This document shows positions 11,690 to 24,700 of a DNA stretch of 64,000 bases, piece by piece. Source of the DNA: Sminthopsis crassicaudata. Its lineage: Eukaryota. The translations under genes were made by a program, and so were the position numbers. Where the stretch lies: the NCBI RefSeq assembly GCF_048593235.1, contig NC_133617.1, positions 13,211,607 through 13,275,606 on the forward strand, written 5' to 3'. Positions within the stretch are counted from its first letter, which is position 1; every line of letters begins with the position of its first letter. The notes beneath the pieces are model-generated. The model did not search any database and was not told the DNA's origin. It saw only the letters and a program-made list of their open reading frames with translations.

Positions 11690-12720
11690 GGGAGACGGCG
11701 GAGGGGTGACGGCCGGAGAACGAGGCTGGCGCCCGCCGAGCTGACTCTGACTCCGCACGGCAGGTGGCACGGGCCCTCGGCGCTAAGGCCGAGCGCCCCC
11801 ACTTTGTGGCGGGGCTCTCCAGGGCGGGGAGGGGGCGTGTCTGCCCGAGCCCGGAAGTTGAGGCCAGGAGGCGGGAAGGCCTTCGGCTCTCTCCAGGTGA
11901 GTCTCCTTGATTGACAGCCCGGTGGGCGGGCCCTGGAATCCAGTGTCCGGGAGGGCTCCGACTCCTCGCCGGCCAGGCCGCCCTGAGGAGGGGACAACGG
12001 GGGAGGGGGGGGAAGGAGAGGGGAGAACGGGTGGGGGCGGGGCCTTTCCGGCATCCCCAGCTTTGATTGGTTCATATCGGGGTCGCCTGCGGGGGCGCGG
12101 CTCTGAGCCCGCCCGGAGGCGCGGCGGACCAATGGACGCTCTTCGGGGGCGGGGCCTCGACGACGGCTGCGGTGTCGGCGGCGGCCCCGGCGGCGGCGGC
12201 CGAGGAGACGGCGGAGGCGGCGGGCGGGGCCGGGCCGGGCCGGGCCGGGCGGGCGATGGCGAAGAGCCGCGGGGAGAACGGGCCGCGCTCGCCGGGGCCG
12301 GGCGGGAGCCTGTCGGGGACCAGGGAGAGCCTGGCCCCGGGCCCGGACGCGGCCTCGGCCGCCGACGAGCTCAGCTCGCTGGGTTCCGATTCGGAGGCCA
12401 ACGGCTTCGCGGAGCGCCGCACCGACAAGTTCGGCTTCCTCGTGGGCGCGCAGGGAGACCCCGGCGCGTGAGTACCGCGGCCCGGCACGGCGGGACCCCC
12501 GAGCTGCGGCTCCTCCCCCGCGATCCCCCGTAACTCCTCCTTCTCCCCTCCCCGCTGTGACCTCTCCCGGGCCGCGCTGACCCCCCTCTCCCCCCCCCCC
12601 CCCCACCCCCCTCACTCTGGTTCTCCGCACTCCGCCAGGACCCCCCCACCGGAACCCCCCCCAGCTCCGCCCCTCCGGACAGCTGGAACTCGCCGCCCCC
12701 CCCGGACCCCCCTCACTCTG
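11690..12720 (+). promoter_or_regulatory. CpG-island promoter of TBC1D10A
   Basis: CpG-dense; ETS CCGGAAGT at 11851, ATTGG at 12066, CCAAT at 12129, GC boxes; overlaps the first coding exon. Confidence 0.85.
12256..12467 (+). CDS. TBC1D10A: TBC1D10A exon 1 coding part
   Basis: gcgATGG ... GGCGC|gtgagt (phase 2). Confidence 0.95.
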
Positions 12721-15700
12721 GTTCTCCGCACTCCTCCAGGACCCCCCCCACCGGAACCCCCCCAGCTCCGCCCCTCTGGAAGCTGGAACTCGCCGCCCCC
12801 CCCTCCCGGGACCCCTCAAACTACTGGAACAATCTCCCCCAGCTTTGATCCCTCCCCTTTTGTCCCCCCTTCACCCCCCGAAATGGCCAGGAGTCCCGTG
12901 ACTCCTCTAAGACTCTTGCGCCCCCCTCCCCCGCCGTCAGGACCCGCCCGTGACGACCCCAAGACTTCCGGGGACACCCCTCACCCCCTCCTGACAGCCG
13001 TGACCCCGCCCCCGCCGAGCCTCCTCCCCAAACTATGGGACCCGTCCTCGCCCTCCAGGCCTGAGACTGCCGGACTTCTCCGGGAATGCCACGCCCCTCC
13101 CCCCAGGCTGCTAGGATTACCCTCCCCTCCAGCTGGTGGAGCACACGTGACCCCCCCAGGACATGCCCCCCCCACTGCCAGGGATCTCCTCTCCCAGGGA
13201 CACCCGGGGCAAGGACGCCTGACCCCCTCCCCCCTTCCTGCCCCCTCCCAATGCCCGTCTCCTCCCAGGGCCCCTCCCCCCAGTACTGCTCCCTTCCCAC
13301 AAGTCCCGGCTCCCCCATCAGACAGCCCCCCCCCAGCACCCCTTCACCATTTCTCCCCTCTCCCCAAGTGAGGAAGTCCCACTCCCAGCTCCTAAGGAGC
13401 CCCTCCAACCCCCCCCCAGCCGGCCCCCCACTGGGCCACACTCCCCCCTTTACCTGGGATCACCCCATTACCCACCTCTAGACACTGCCATGCATGAATG
13501 CGGCCCCTCCCCCCCAGGAGACAGCCCCCTTTCCCGGTGGGGACCCTTGCTCTGAGAGCCTCCCACCCGGCCCCTCCCCGATCTTCCAGGAGAGCACGCC
13601 CCCCTCCGGCTCTGGAAATCCCCCCTCCGGGCTCCCAGCTTGGCTCGGCCCCTCCTGGAATCCCCCCTCTCTGAGCATGAGTCATGAAGACACCCCCGAG
13701 CACCCCCTTCTGGGAGGGAAGCCCCCCACTCTCCAGGAACCTGTGGGGGGGGCATTCTCTCTCCCCCCCAGCCCTCCCAGCTGTTGGTCCCCCTCCCGCC
13801 TCCCAGATTGTCAGCCGCACAGGAACCCCGGCCCCCCCCCTTCCCCTCCCGGGTCACAGATGGGAGGGGCTCACCCCGGCCAGTGCTGGGTCTCATTCTC
13901 ACCCCCCCAGACCAGGAAGAGAGGGGCACAGCCCCATCCCCTCCCCCGCAGGCACTGCCAGGGGGGAGAGGGCACCAAGGTGCCCGGCCTCACCCCCTCT
14001 GTGCCCTAGGAGCTTCCCACGGGAACTTTTCAGTCGCCTCCACTCCCCACAAGGCGGGTGCCCCGGCTCTCCCAGCCTCAAGCGAGTCCATGGATGAGCA
14101 GCTATGGACCCCCCCCCCCCAGCATTCTGCAGCCATCTGCACCCCCCCACTCCATAACCTAGGGCATCAGTGACCCCCCCCCACACTCCCCCTTTCAGAG
14201 CCTCCCCCCAGCCTGCTCTCTTGCCCAGCCCCCAGATGTTAAGTGCCCATCCGCTGTTATCTGCCCTGCACGTGCCGGGCACGCCCTTTCCCAGCTGCCC
14301 CAGACCTCCCAGGCAGGCAGACGCGGCTTACCCTCCCCCAGGAAGGTGCCCTGGGCCCGCCCCAGGAGGAGAAGCGCCCGAGGCGGGCTGGCGTGGGGGG
14401 GGCCGCTTTGGGGTCCTGCTTCCTTATCTCCCCCCAGTGTCTCCTGTCCCCGAAGGCTCCGGGGGCGCCCGTACCCCACCTTCCTCAGATCCGGGATGCC
14501 TCTGGTGACAGGAGGTCCGCTTCCCCTGCTGGCGCCTGTCAGGGCGCCCCCGGCCGGCCTTCTCCCCACTTCCTGCGTGCTGGGCTCTTCTCCCCAGGTG
14601 GCACCCCGATGCCGCCGTGGCTTGTGCCCAGGGGAGGCCTGACTCTAGCGGGGGGGAGGGGAGTGCAGATCGCTGCCTGACGGTTTCTAAAATGGGGAAC
14701 TGCCCCCCCGGGGTGCTGGGGAGCATTTTCCAGGGCTGAGGGGTGCAGACGGCCCCTCCTCGGGTTCAGGCTTGTGTCCTTTGAGAAGTTAGGGAGGGGG
14801 CCATTATTTCTGGCATTTGTGGCCGCACACGCCTCCCTTCGGCCAGGGAGAGGGCTCTGTGCCCAGGCCCGGCCTCCTCGCCGCTCCTCGCGTGTTTGAA
14901 AGGCAGCAAACATTTGGAAGGATCTGAGGGGAGAGCGGGGCCCTCCAGGCCAGTCCCCATTGCAGAGGGGGAGCGTAAGGACGCCCCACAGCTCATGGCC
15001 AGGCCTGCCAGGATCAGGACAGAGCGTTGGCCCTGGGGGGCAGCCAGCGAGGTCTCAGGAGCCCGGAGCATCATGGGAGGGGGCGCTCTGGAGCAAAAGC
15101 TGCCCTCCAGGACCAGAAGGCCTCCCCTGGGGCACTGTCAGGGCGCTGCCTCCTAGCCCTGCAAACCAGGGAGCGCCGGCGTTATCCCCGTCGTGTAGGG
15201 GAGGGAGCCTGCGCCCAACAGGCCCTGATTGCAGTGACCCAGGTGCCGGAGCCCAGGATCCCCCCTTCTCCATGTGGTGGAGACCCGTGAGCCAGGGGAC
15301 AGAGCGGCTGGACTGGTACACTGCCCGTGGCGAGGAGATGGGCCTGGCCCTGCCCGCCTGCCTGGGCTCTCTCTGGCCGGTGGGATCGGCTTCGCGCCAC
15401 CTCTGTTTGCTCTCCTGCAGCAGATGGCTCTCCCACGTTCCCCTGGGGGCCTGCTTCCTGCCGGGCCGCTGGAGGTCTGAGCCCCGGGGAGCCTCGGGAG
15501 GCCGGAGGTTATTTCTGTCTTGCCGGCCCATGGTTCCTTCCCACCCCCTCAGTCCAAGATGGCGGCCCCATTAGCCGCCTGCAGATTTCCTATGGAGGCC
15601 GTCCTGATGGAGGGGGACAGGAGGTCTCCCAGCAGCAGCCCACGTCCTGTCCTTGTTCGCTCCCCGTGAGATGGGCATGGGGCTGCACAGCTGGAAGGAG

Positions 15701-18700
15701 ACAGCTGCAGATGTTGGGGGAGCCCTGGCGAGGGGGCCCCGCCGTGCCCTCTGTCTGCTCCCCACCCTGGCCTCAGAAGGAAATCTGGTTTGGCCACCAC
15801 GTGGGGCGTTGCCGGACGAGCCGGTCCCCGTCTGTGTGACCGGAGCCCACTGAGCAGGGCAGGGGCCGGCTTGCCAGCCGCTGCTTTCCCAAGCTGCCTC
15901 GGCCGGACGACCCGGAGCTGTGGGAATGCGATGAGACCGGTGGGACCCGTTTCGTGTTTAGTCTTCCCGGCCTTGGAGACCGGGCCTGCAGACAGCCAGT
16001 GGAACCTGGCCCGAGGCCAGGACCCCCGGGGCGGGGGGACAGAGGAGCTGCCCAGGCCTCGGCCACAGCCTCCCCAAGGGCCCAGAGAGCCCCACAGAAG
16101 CTCATTTATCTCTCACCTGTGTGGGAAGCACTGCCCCACCTGGGGCCTGGGCTCTGGAGGACTGAGAATGAGCCAGATAAGACCTGGAGCCAGAAAACTT
16201 GTGAGGAGAAAGTGATAAGTGTGGGGAGGGGCCAGGTGTCCTGCGCTTCAGAGAAGAGAAAGATGGCCTTTGGCTGCAGGAGGATCAGGACAGCCTCCCC
16301 TCCGAGGGGGATCTGAGCCTGGGGAAGGGGCTCAAATTTCAACAGGTGATGGCCGGAGCCCGGGAAGGAGGGACCTCCCTCGCCCCTTCCCCTATCCCCC
16401 CCTGTGCCTTCATTTACCCCTTTGTGATCAACCTTCCCCTCCTAGCAGCTGAACTCTGCCTTGCAGCAAAGAAAAGCTGATTGATTGATAAAGCAGAGAG
16501 GGCCGGCTGTGTCAGGCTCCGTCCTGCGCCCGCGGCGGCCCGTTCTCTGTGCTCCGCGCCCTTTGGTGGACTTCAGGCTTAAGGACTGAGTTTGTTTTCC
16601 TGATTCAGTAACTTCTGTTCTTTGGGTCCTTTGTTCCTCTACCTCACTTCACAAAAATCTTCCCAGAGTTCCTCATTCACCATTTATGACTCAAAAACGT
16701 TCCATCGGCTCCCTCGCTGCTTCCCGGGTCAGGCCGCTGGTCTCGAGGCTTTTGTTCTTCCCTCTGCAGCTCTCTTGCTGTACACGAGGGGCATCTTCCC
16801 TGACCTCACTGACCTTCTTACCAGGCACGCGACCCCCCCCCCTTCTAACTTTCCTGGGGGAACCCAACCCCCGCAGTCACATGGGGAGTTCTGGCCAGGG
16901 AATCGGATACTCAGCGAGCATTTATGAAGCACCTATTTGGGGCCATGCTGGCCCTCGCTGATTGAACAAGCTGAAAAGTATTCCCTGCCCGCCTTCTAAT
17001 GGAGGAGATAATCTGCCCGTATTTGGATGTACACCAGATACCAAGAGGCAGATAAAAGGTAATCTTAGAAGGCGGGCCTGCCAGTCGAGGACAAGGACTG
17101 GGAAAGGCCCGAGGGGGACCCGAGCGGAGCCGGGAAGGAAGAAACCACCAAGGTGGCAGACGGGCTGCCCTGTGGGAGGAATGGAACGGGCCAGAGGGCA
17201 GAGGCAGGGGATGCAGTGCAATGGGGCTGTCACTGGAGTTTGAGTAGGAAGGAAACCAGGAAGATTATTCAGTCCCGTGCCTGAGCAGGCTGAGGGCTTT
17301 GCAGATATCACCCTGATTGAGCCTCAGATGACCCTGAGAGCTGGAGGACAGCTGATGATGGCTCTTGTGGGGAGGGGGGATGGGAGAGGGGAGAACCTTA
17401 AGTCAGGGAGACCAGTTAGAAAGGTATGACCTGAACGGGGCCGGCTGGCAGGCAGAGAACAGGAAGAGCAGGGTTGGAGAGGCAGAGACGGCAAGATGGG
17501 GCAAGCGGTCGGACAGGGTCGGTTGAGCAAGAAGAAGAAGCTGAGGAGGAGGAGGAGGCTGAGGTTCCAAACCTGGGAGACTAAAGAGATGGTGGCCCTT
17601 TGGCAGAACCCAGGAAGTCTTCAAGAAAAGTGGGGAAAGAGAATGAATTCTAAAAGACCAGATGGGTTGAATTTGAGGTGTCTGTTGGACCCCCAGACTG
17701 AGATGAATTAAAAAGCATTTATTAAGCACTTGCTGTGTACCCTCAGGAAAGTGAAAGGGACCCTACCTTCAATGACCTCCCATTCCGAGGTAGCATTTAT
17801 TAGGTGGGCATAACTACAGGTAGATGGAAAGGCCAGAGTCCAAGGTTTCGGTGGTAGACTGGAAGAGGGGGCCCAGGACTTTTCTGGTTACATCTGTAGG
17901 TCAGATGAAAGTGCTAGAGATGTGGAGGCAGTGGAAGTGTTAAATCTGGAAATGACAAGGCCTCAGTTGTAGGCAAGATGGCGGTCATCCATCTCACAAA
18001 TAAGAGTTGGCAATTCTCTTCTAAGCTTTGTGAAAGACAGTCCCAAAGAAGTCCATGTGGCCTGGGTACCAAGGAGAGGGGAAGGTAAAGTGGAAAGGGT
18101 GCCCCCATATTGGGAGTGCCCAGTAATATCTGGCGATGGAGGACTGGGAACCAGGCGACAGGAATCTGGGGTGGAATCTAGTGGAAAGGCAAGGAGCATA
18201 GGATTGTGGAATAGCCGGTTAGTGTGTGGTCAGGTTTGTGGAAGGGAGAAAGTCGGTGTGAGGTGAAAGAGACAGAGGGGCCGGGCTGTGCTTTAATGCT
18301 CTTTGATCCTAGTGGTGATAAAGCAGCCACTAAAACACAAATTCAGAATCGCGGAAGAGTAAAATGGAAGGGACTTTGGACGTCATCTGGTGCAGCATTT
18401 TTAAATTTTACTTTTTTTGCAGATAAGGAAACTGAGGCACCAGCTTTCCTCAAGGTCCTACAAGTAGCAGAACTGAGATTCTAAACTAGATCTCATACTG
18501 CCAAATTAGATTATTCCATTGTGCCAAACTGAAGCCAGGGGCTGGTCAGGACCTAAAGTCTTCCTGCCCCAGCGCCCACAGGCAAGAGAGAGCCTGGCTT
18601 AGTCAAAGAAACAGGAAGAAGCTTAGGTGAGACCTTGGTGCCTTCTCTCTGTGCCTTGAGCTAAGGACAGGGAGGACTGGGGGGACGGTGAAAAGCAAAA

Positions 18701-21700
18701 GAATCGCCAAAGGCCAGGGATGGTCTAAACCTAAAGAACCCAGATCAGGGTTCTTTTTTTCCCTCTTCTAATTTTGTCTACTTATCCATATCTATCTGAT
18801 TATCTGTGCATATCTATTTTTCAATTAAGAATATTTACTTTTCTACAATTGAAAATAAAAGTAAAACAAAATCCTTTAACATGGATAATGAAATGGAACA
18901 CATTTCCGCATTGGCCATGTCCCCAAACCAAAAATACACATCTGGCTCATTCTGCCCTGTGAGCATTTCACTTCCCTATCAGGAGGTGGGTAGCATGTAT
19001 CATCATTACTCACGTACCGATCAGAATCCCTAAGTGCTCCAAGTTATTTGTTTTTGCCATATTGTTGTCTCAATATAAATTGTTCTCCTGGTTCCGTATC
19101 AGTTCATCCAAGTCTTCCCGGGTTTTTCTGAAATCATCTCGTCTTATAACACAGTAACACCCTTTCACATTTCCATATCTCAGTTTGTGCAGACATACCC
19201 CTCAATTTCCCATTCTTCATTATCTCAAAAAAAACCCTCGATATTTTATACAAAACTTATCTTAGAATTTAAGATTACTCCTCTTGATCTATCCCCCCGC
19301 CAAATTCCTCTTCCTCTCTCTCAACTTTCTTTTCTATTTTTCTGTAGAATGAAATGCATTGTGCACATGTGGGTATGTATTCTTCCTTCCTTTGACCAAT
19401 TCAAATGAGAATGAGTGAGATTCAAGGGTCACCTGTCCCCCCGACTTTCTTCGTTTCGCTCACCTTGATTTTCCTTAGCCTTCCTTTCCTTTCTCCTTTT
19501 GTGTATTCCTTTTCTTCTCTTTTTCCATTCTTCTTTTAAGATCATTAAGATTTAGAATCACTCACAAACTTTGTCTTAGACTCTTTCTGTGACCCCTGGT
19601 GATGATAAGATTCAGAGGAGAAATACATATCATCATGTTTACATTGATTTAATAGTCTTCCAAGCTTGTTTGTGTTTACCTTTTTATATTGCTTGTAACT
19701 ACTGTTTTTTGAACTTGAGAATTTCTGCATAGCTCTAGTCTTTTCCTTAGGAGTGCTTGCGTTTCATTCAAGGTACATTTTTCCTCCTATAGGAACATAT
19801 TTCATTTTTCTGGCCAAGTTATTCTTCATTGTAAGGCCCTATCCTTTGTTTTTTGGAATATCATATTCCAAGCTCTCCATTACTTTTTAGTTCTGGCTAC
19901 TAATCTTGAGTGATTTCAGTTATGGCTCCTCAGGACTTGAATTCTTTCTTTTTGGAGGTTTGCAGTATTTTTTCTTTGACTTGTAACCTTTGGATTTCGA
20001 CTGTAACATTCTTGGGAATTTTTATTTGAGTGTTTTTTTAGAAGGTAAATGATTATCTTTCTATTTCTATTCTACCCTTTGGTTCAGAGAGGTCTAGACA
20101 ATTCTGGTTTCCCCCCCCCCCCCTTTTTCTGAGGCTGGGGTTAAGTGACTTGCCCAGGGTCACACAGCTAGGAATTGCTAAGTGTCTGGGACTAGATTTG
20201 AACTTGGGTCCTCCTGAATTCAAGGTTGGTGCTCTATCCACTGCGCCACCTAGCTGTCCCAGGCAATTCTGTTTTAAGATTTTTTGAAATGTGATGTTGA
20301 AGATTGTGTTTTGGTCATGATGTCCATGGAGTCTAGTAATTAAATTTTTTTTCTCCTCAATTTATGTTCTAGGTTATTTGTTTTTGCTATAAGATATTTT
20401 AACATTTTCTTCAATTTTTTTCAGTCCTTTGACTTTGCTTCACTATTTCTCCTCATCTTCTAGATCAGTGGTCCTCAAACTTTTTAAATAGGGGGCCACT
20501 TCACTGTCTCTCAGACTATGGGTGGGCTGGACTATGGTATATACATCTGTCTCCACCCCTCAGCCCATTTGCCATAACCCAGTGAGCCCCATAAACGACC
20601 TCAGCGGCTGCATCTGGCCCGCGGGCCGTAGTTTGAGAACCCCTGTTCTAGTGTCATTGGCTATTATTTGGCCCATTCTGATTTGTAGGAGTCTGGGGCT
20701 TGGGCATGATTTTGTACCTCTTGTGCCAAGCTATTTCCTTTCCAATTCTTCCACACCTCTCATTTCTTTTCCAGTGTTTTTCTCGAGTGTCCTCATTTCA
20801 TTTATAAAAACCTTTTAAGCATTTTTTCTATAAAACTTTTCATCACTTTTAGGAATTGTAGTTGAATTTATTTGCCTTTGAAACTTTGCCGGTAGAAGTT
20901 TTGGACTCATTGTTTGCTTCTGAGTTTGTGTCTTGACCATTGCTGTTAACACAAGACCTTTCGGTAGTGGATGTTGTTTGTTTTTCCAGTCTATTTCTTG
21001 ACTTTGGACTTGATGTTAAGGTCAGGCTCTGTATATTTTCTGAAGGGAGCTGCTTTGGGGGGGAGTTTTTTGCGGATTGTGTTTTTCCAGGAGCTCGGGA
21101 CCTGCTCAGGCGGGGGCCTGCAAACTTTGGGCCGATATGAGGCAAAGTGGATCGCTACCGCACCTCCCCCCACGTGAACAGACATGCTTCTGACCTTGTT
21201 TGGGGTCGAGGTCTAAGCAGCCGCAGTCTGCTGCTGAGCTCAGCTGCTGCGGGCCAGCTAGGGAGTCCTGCTGATGGCGGGGACAGAGCGGCAGGCTCCC
21301 TTTGGCCCAGGATTCTTGTCCTTGGTCTAGATTTGGAAGTGAGACCCTGACCCGCTCCTGCGTGCCCAGGCCCTTCTGCTGTCCCCCAGGACGGCCTGGA
21401 TCTGTGGCCCAGAGCTGCCATCTGACACCAGTGCCCTGGCAGGGCTCTGAGACGCCCCCTTGCCCTGGCACATGGCCTTTCCCTACTGGAATACAGGGGG
21501 TTTCCGAGGCCAGACAACCTGGCTGTGACTTCTCTTGGATATCCCCATCAGGATTTGGTCGGAGCTGATTTCTTCGCTGTTTGGAGGAGTTTGGGGAAGG
21601 GCGAAGAAGCTCCCTGGCCTGCCGCCCTCCTGGCTGCCTCCTGAGAGCAGCACTCTTGTGGTCAGGTCTGAGTAAATCCAGAGCACCGCGAGCATCCAGA

Positions 21701-24700
21701 TGGGCATCCGCCGCCCCGCAGGGCCTCTGCTGAAGGACCTGGGGATGGATGACCTGGAGAAGAGCGGGGGTGGGGGAGCCTTAGATTTAGCTGGCAGAAA
21801 GAGGAAGTGCGGAGGGCAGCTTCCAAAGTGTAGATCTGGGCAAAAAAAGAGAAGCTCCTCACAGGGAATTCTGGCCCCAGAGAGAGCGGGCTGCCCATGG
21901 CGGCAACAGATTGGCGGGATGAGCCCTTGTTGGACACTGTAAATATGGAGACTCCTATTCACGCAGGCTGGGGACGAAAGGGCCTCGAAGGGACTTTTCT
22001 GACTCTAAAGTCCCAGTAGCATCTCCCCTGGTTTCCAGAGGGCAGCCGTGGTGGAGGGGTTGACAGTAGTAATACAGTAGAGGGCCCTCACCCTGCCATC
22101 TGCCACGGAAGGTTGCACATTTTAGGTTGGTTGTTTTTGCTGAGGTAATTGGGGTTAAGTGACTTGCCCAGGGTCACACGGGACGTTTCCATTTTAAGAA
22201 CTTTATTTGCTGTAGAGTATTTATGGGGCTGGAGATTTCATGGGAAATCACGGTCTTTTTTTTTTATTTTTTTTTATTGAGATGTTAGCATGAAAAGCCC
22301 TGGAATTCTAATTCTTTAGGGAGAACAAATGTTTTGCACATGACCAACTTTATTTTGTGTACTGCCGTGATGTGGGTTATTTCTTAGTTATTCTGTTAGG
22401 AAAATTACATTTAAAATGGCTGTTTTGGTATAAAATTGCAAAAAAAAAAAAAGCCTTTTCGGCTCTCTCTAGCGAAGGATGACGCTTTTGGGTGGTCGCT
22501 TAGCCCCCACGCCCATGGATTCCGTGTAGCAACAAGGCTACTTTTGCCTTTGTTTTGGAAGAACTTTGCCCCCACCCCTGAAAGCGGAGGGTCGGCCTTA
22601 TTTGCTGCAGCGAGGGTCTGTCCTCATCTGGAGAGCGAGGCTGTCCTTTGCTCCAGGAGATCTGAGCTCCTCTGGAAATCCGGCATCTTTCTTTGCTCTC
22701 TTCCTCTTCCGTACGTCCAAAGTTCTCCTCCGGGTTCCCTAGGGCCTGCCCGGGGCTGGGACAAAAGGGAGTGGGACAGTGGAGGGTGAGTAGCTTCCCC
22801 TCGCTGGCCCGGCCCTTTTGGTTCTGGAATCTGTGGGCCGGGGCGGTTAGCTGAGGGATCCTGGCAGACTGAGTCACTTGAGCCTGGATCCTCTCTTAGC
22901 ATCAGCGCTCTGCCATCACCTCCCTGGGCAGCGAGCAGCTGGGGCCCGTAGCTGGGGAAAGAGCCGCCCTTTGTGGGCCTTTGGCACGAGCCCTTGTGAG
23001 GCCGGAGAACATCTTTCCCCCCTCCAACCCTCCCTGACTCGTCCCTTTGAGGGCTGAATGAGCCTTTTTCTCTAAGAATGGCTCCTTCCTGGCTCCATCT
23101 CCCAGTAGATTCTACCCTGTTGTAGCTTGGCCAGTGCCCCTTCTAGAACTGGCGCATTAACACGTGCTGAAGCATAAGCCACCTCCGTCGTCGGCAGGTC
23201 CTGCTCGTGTACCCCCGTGCCAACTGTGCCTTCGGTGGCTCTAAGTTTGGGGGCGAGATGGCAGCCACAGGTCGGGCTCCGGCATCCCTCTGGGAATTCC
23301 AGTGGGCCTGTGTCTCCTGGGGGAGACGTTCTGCCTCGGTCCTCCCTCTTGTATTCCAGAGAGTCTCTGCTTAACTGCCCGAAAGAACTGAGGTAGAAGG
23401 CCAGGCTCTGACTGCTGAGAGCTGAGCCCGAGAGGGTCCTCCGACTTGCCAGAAGATACTGAGGGAGTATCCTGAGGAGTGGCTGGGCCATCGGAGGAGG
23501 CCAGGCGGACCGCCGGGCAGCGACCGGCTTCCTTTCTCTGGTTGCCTTCTCCGCCCCAGTGCCAGATCCCCAGCCTTGTTCCCCATTCCTGTCTTGCCTG
23601 GTCACCCCCATTTCCCATCCTGGCACTTGCCTTTGGATCCTAAGAAGACGGGAAGTCAGGACTTGAGCTTAGCCGGGGATGATGGGGCAGCTCCTTTCTG
23701 AGACCTTTCTGCTGTTTGTGCTGGTGCCAGAATGGCGTGGGCACCTCGAGGATGCCAGGGCTCCGCCAGCCCCACGTGCCTCCTCACGCTGCTGAGAGAG
23801 GCTGGGCAGCCTCAGTGGAGTTCCTGCTGGCCCTGGGAGCTTGGGTGTGGGATGAAGCGAGTTGCTGCAATCCTCTGGGAGCAGGTTCGCCCAGCAGATC
23901 AGGTGGCAGAGAGAGAACCAGAGGAAGGTGGTGCAGGTACCCGCTCCTCCCTGCCTTGGGGCACGGCACTCACCGGTGGGACCTAGAGAAGAGCCAGGGA
24001 GTCGAGTGGGGAGACCACGCCTGCCCAGGGAGAAGGAGGAGGACAGGGAATGGGGACTGAGGGGCTGGGTGGAGGCTGCACCGCCAGGTCTGAGGCTGAC
24101 AAGAGGGGGGGACTCCGCTAGCTGAGGGCGTCACCTGGCAGAGAAAGCCAAGGGAGCCAGCTGGAGCCTCCGGCTTGGGAGAGCGGGCAGGACCCAGGCC
24201 TGGCAGCGGAGACAGAAGCGATTTCCAGCCCCCCTGGGGGAGGGTCCTTGGGGGAACAGGAGGGCGAGGCCAGTAGCTGCCTGGACCCGTCCAGCACTTA
24301 CTGCCTGACCTTGGCCCAGACGCTCGGCCCCCGGGGCTCCATTCCCTCCTCTGGGCTCGGGGCCATGTGCCTTGGGCTTTTGGCCCTTGACCTTTGTTCC
24401 TTCCACCTCCTTCAGTCTTGGGACTTCAGATCAGACAGCTGCCGTTTTTCCTTCATAAGCACTTTTTTCTCTAACGTTTTTTGTTTTGATCCTCCCCCAG
24501 CCCCGCCAGTCAGCTATTACTTCAAGCAGAAAGCGCACGGTGCCCATGGGGGAAAATGTGACCCCCTTCCTCCCTTGTTGGCCGCCCACTCTCTGCCAAG
24601 AGGCATGTTCTACTCTCGAGTTCTCTCAAGTAACATTTGGTCCCTAAATCGATAAAGATTCGGGGCTTTCCGTTATCTCGCTCCACGGACCGTGGTCACC

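Larger units (their letters stand above)
18745..21960 (-). mobile_element. L1 relic(s): 5' UTR plus ORF1 (about 19540-21960) and 3'-end fragments (about 18745-19500), with nested insertions
   Basis: AT-rich block. - strand ORF 20849-21145 has [21 protein letters not shown], like the marsupial L1 ORF1 N-terminus. tggaatatcatattccaagc at about 19855 is the reverse of the ORF1 WNMIFQ region. Confidence 0.75.

Noticed and set aside
11560-12819. 419-aa - strand ORF over the TBC1D10A promoter
   Set aside because: Gly/Arg/Pro-rich with no domain; stop codons are rare in CpG islands; it is the antisense of exon 1.
15397-15474. Possible cryptic exon in TBC1D10A intron 1 (ctcctgcag|...gag|gtctga)
   Set aside because: Weak donor and no similarity to a known TBC1D10A sequence.
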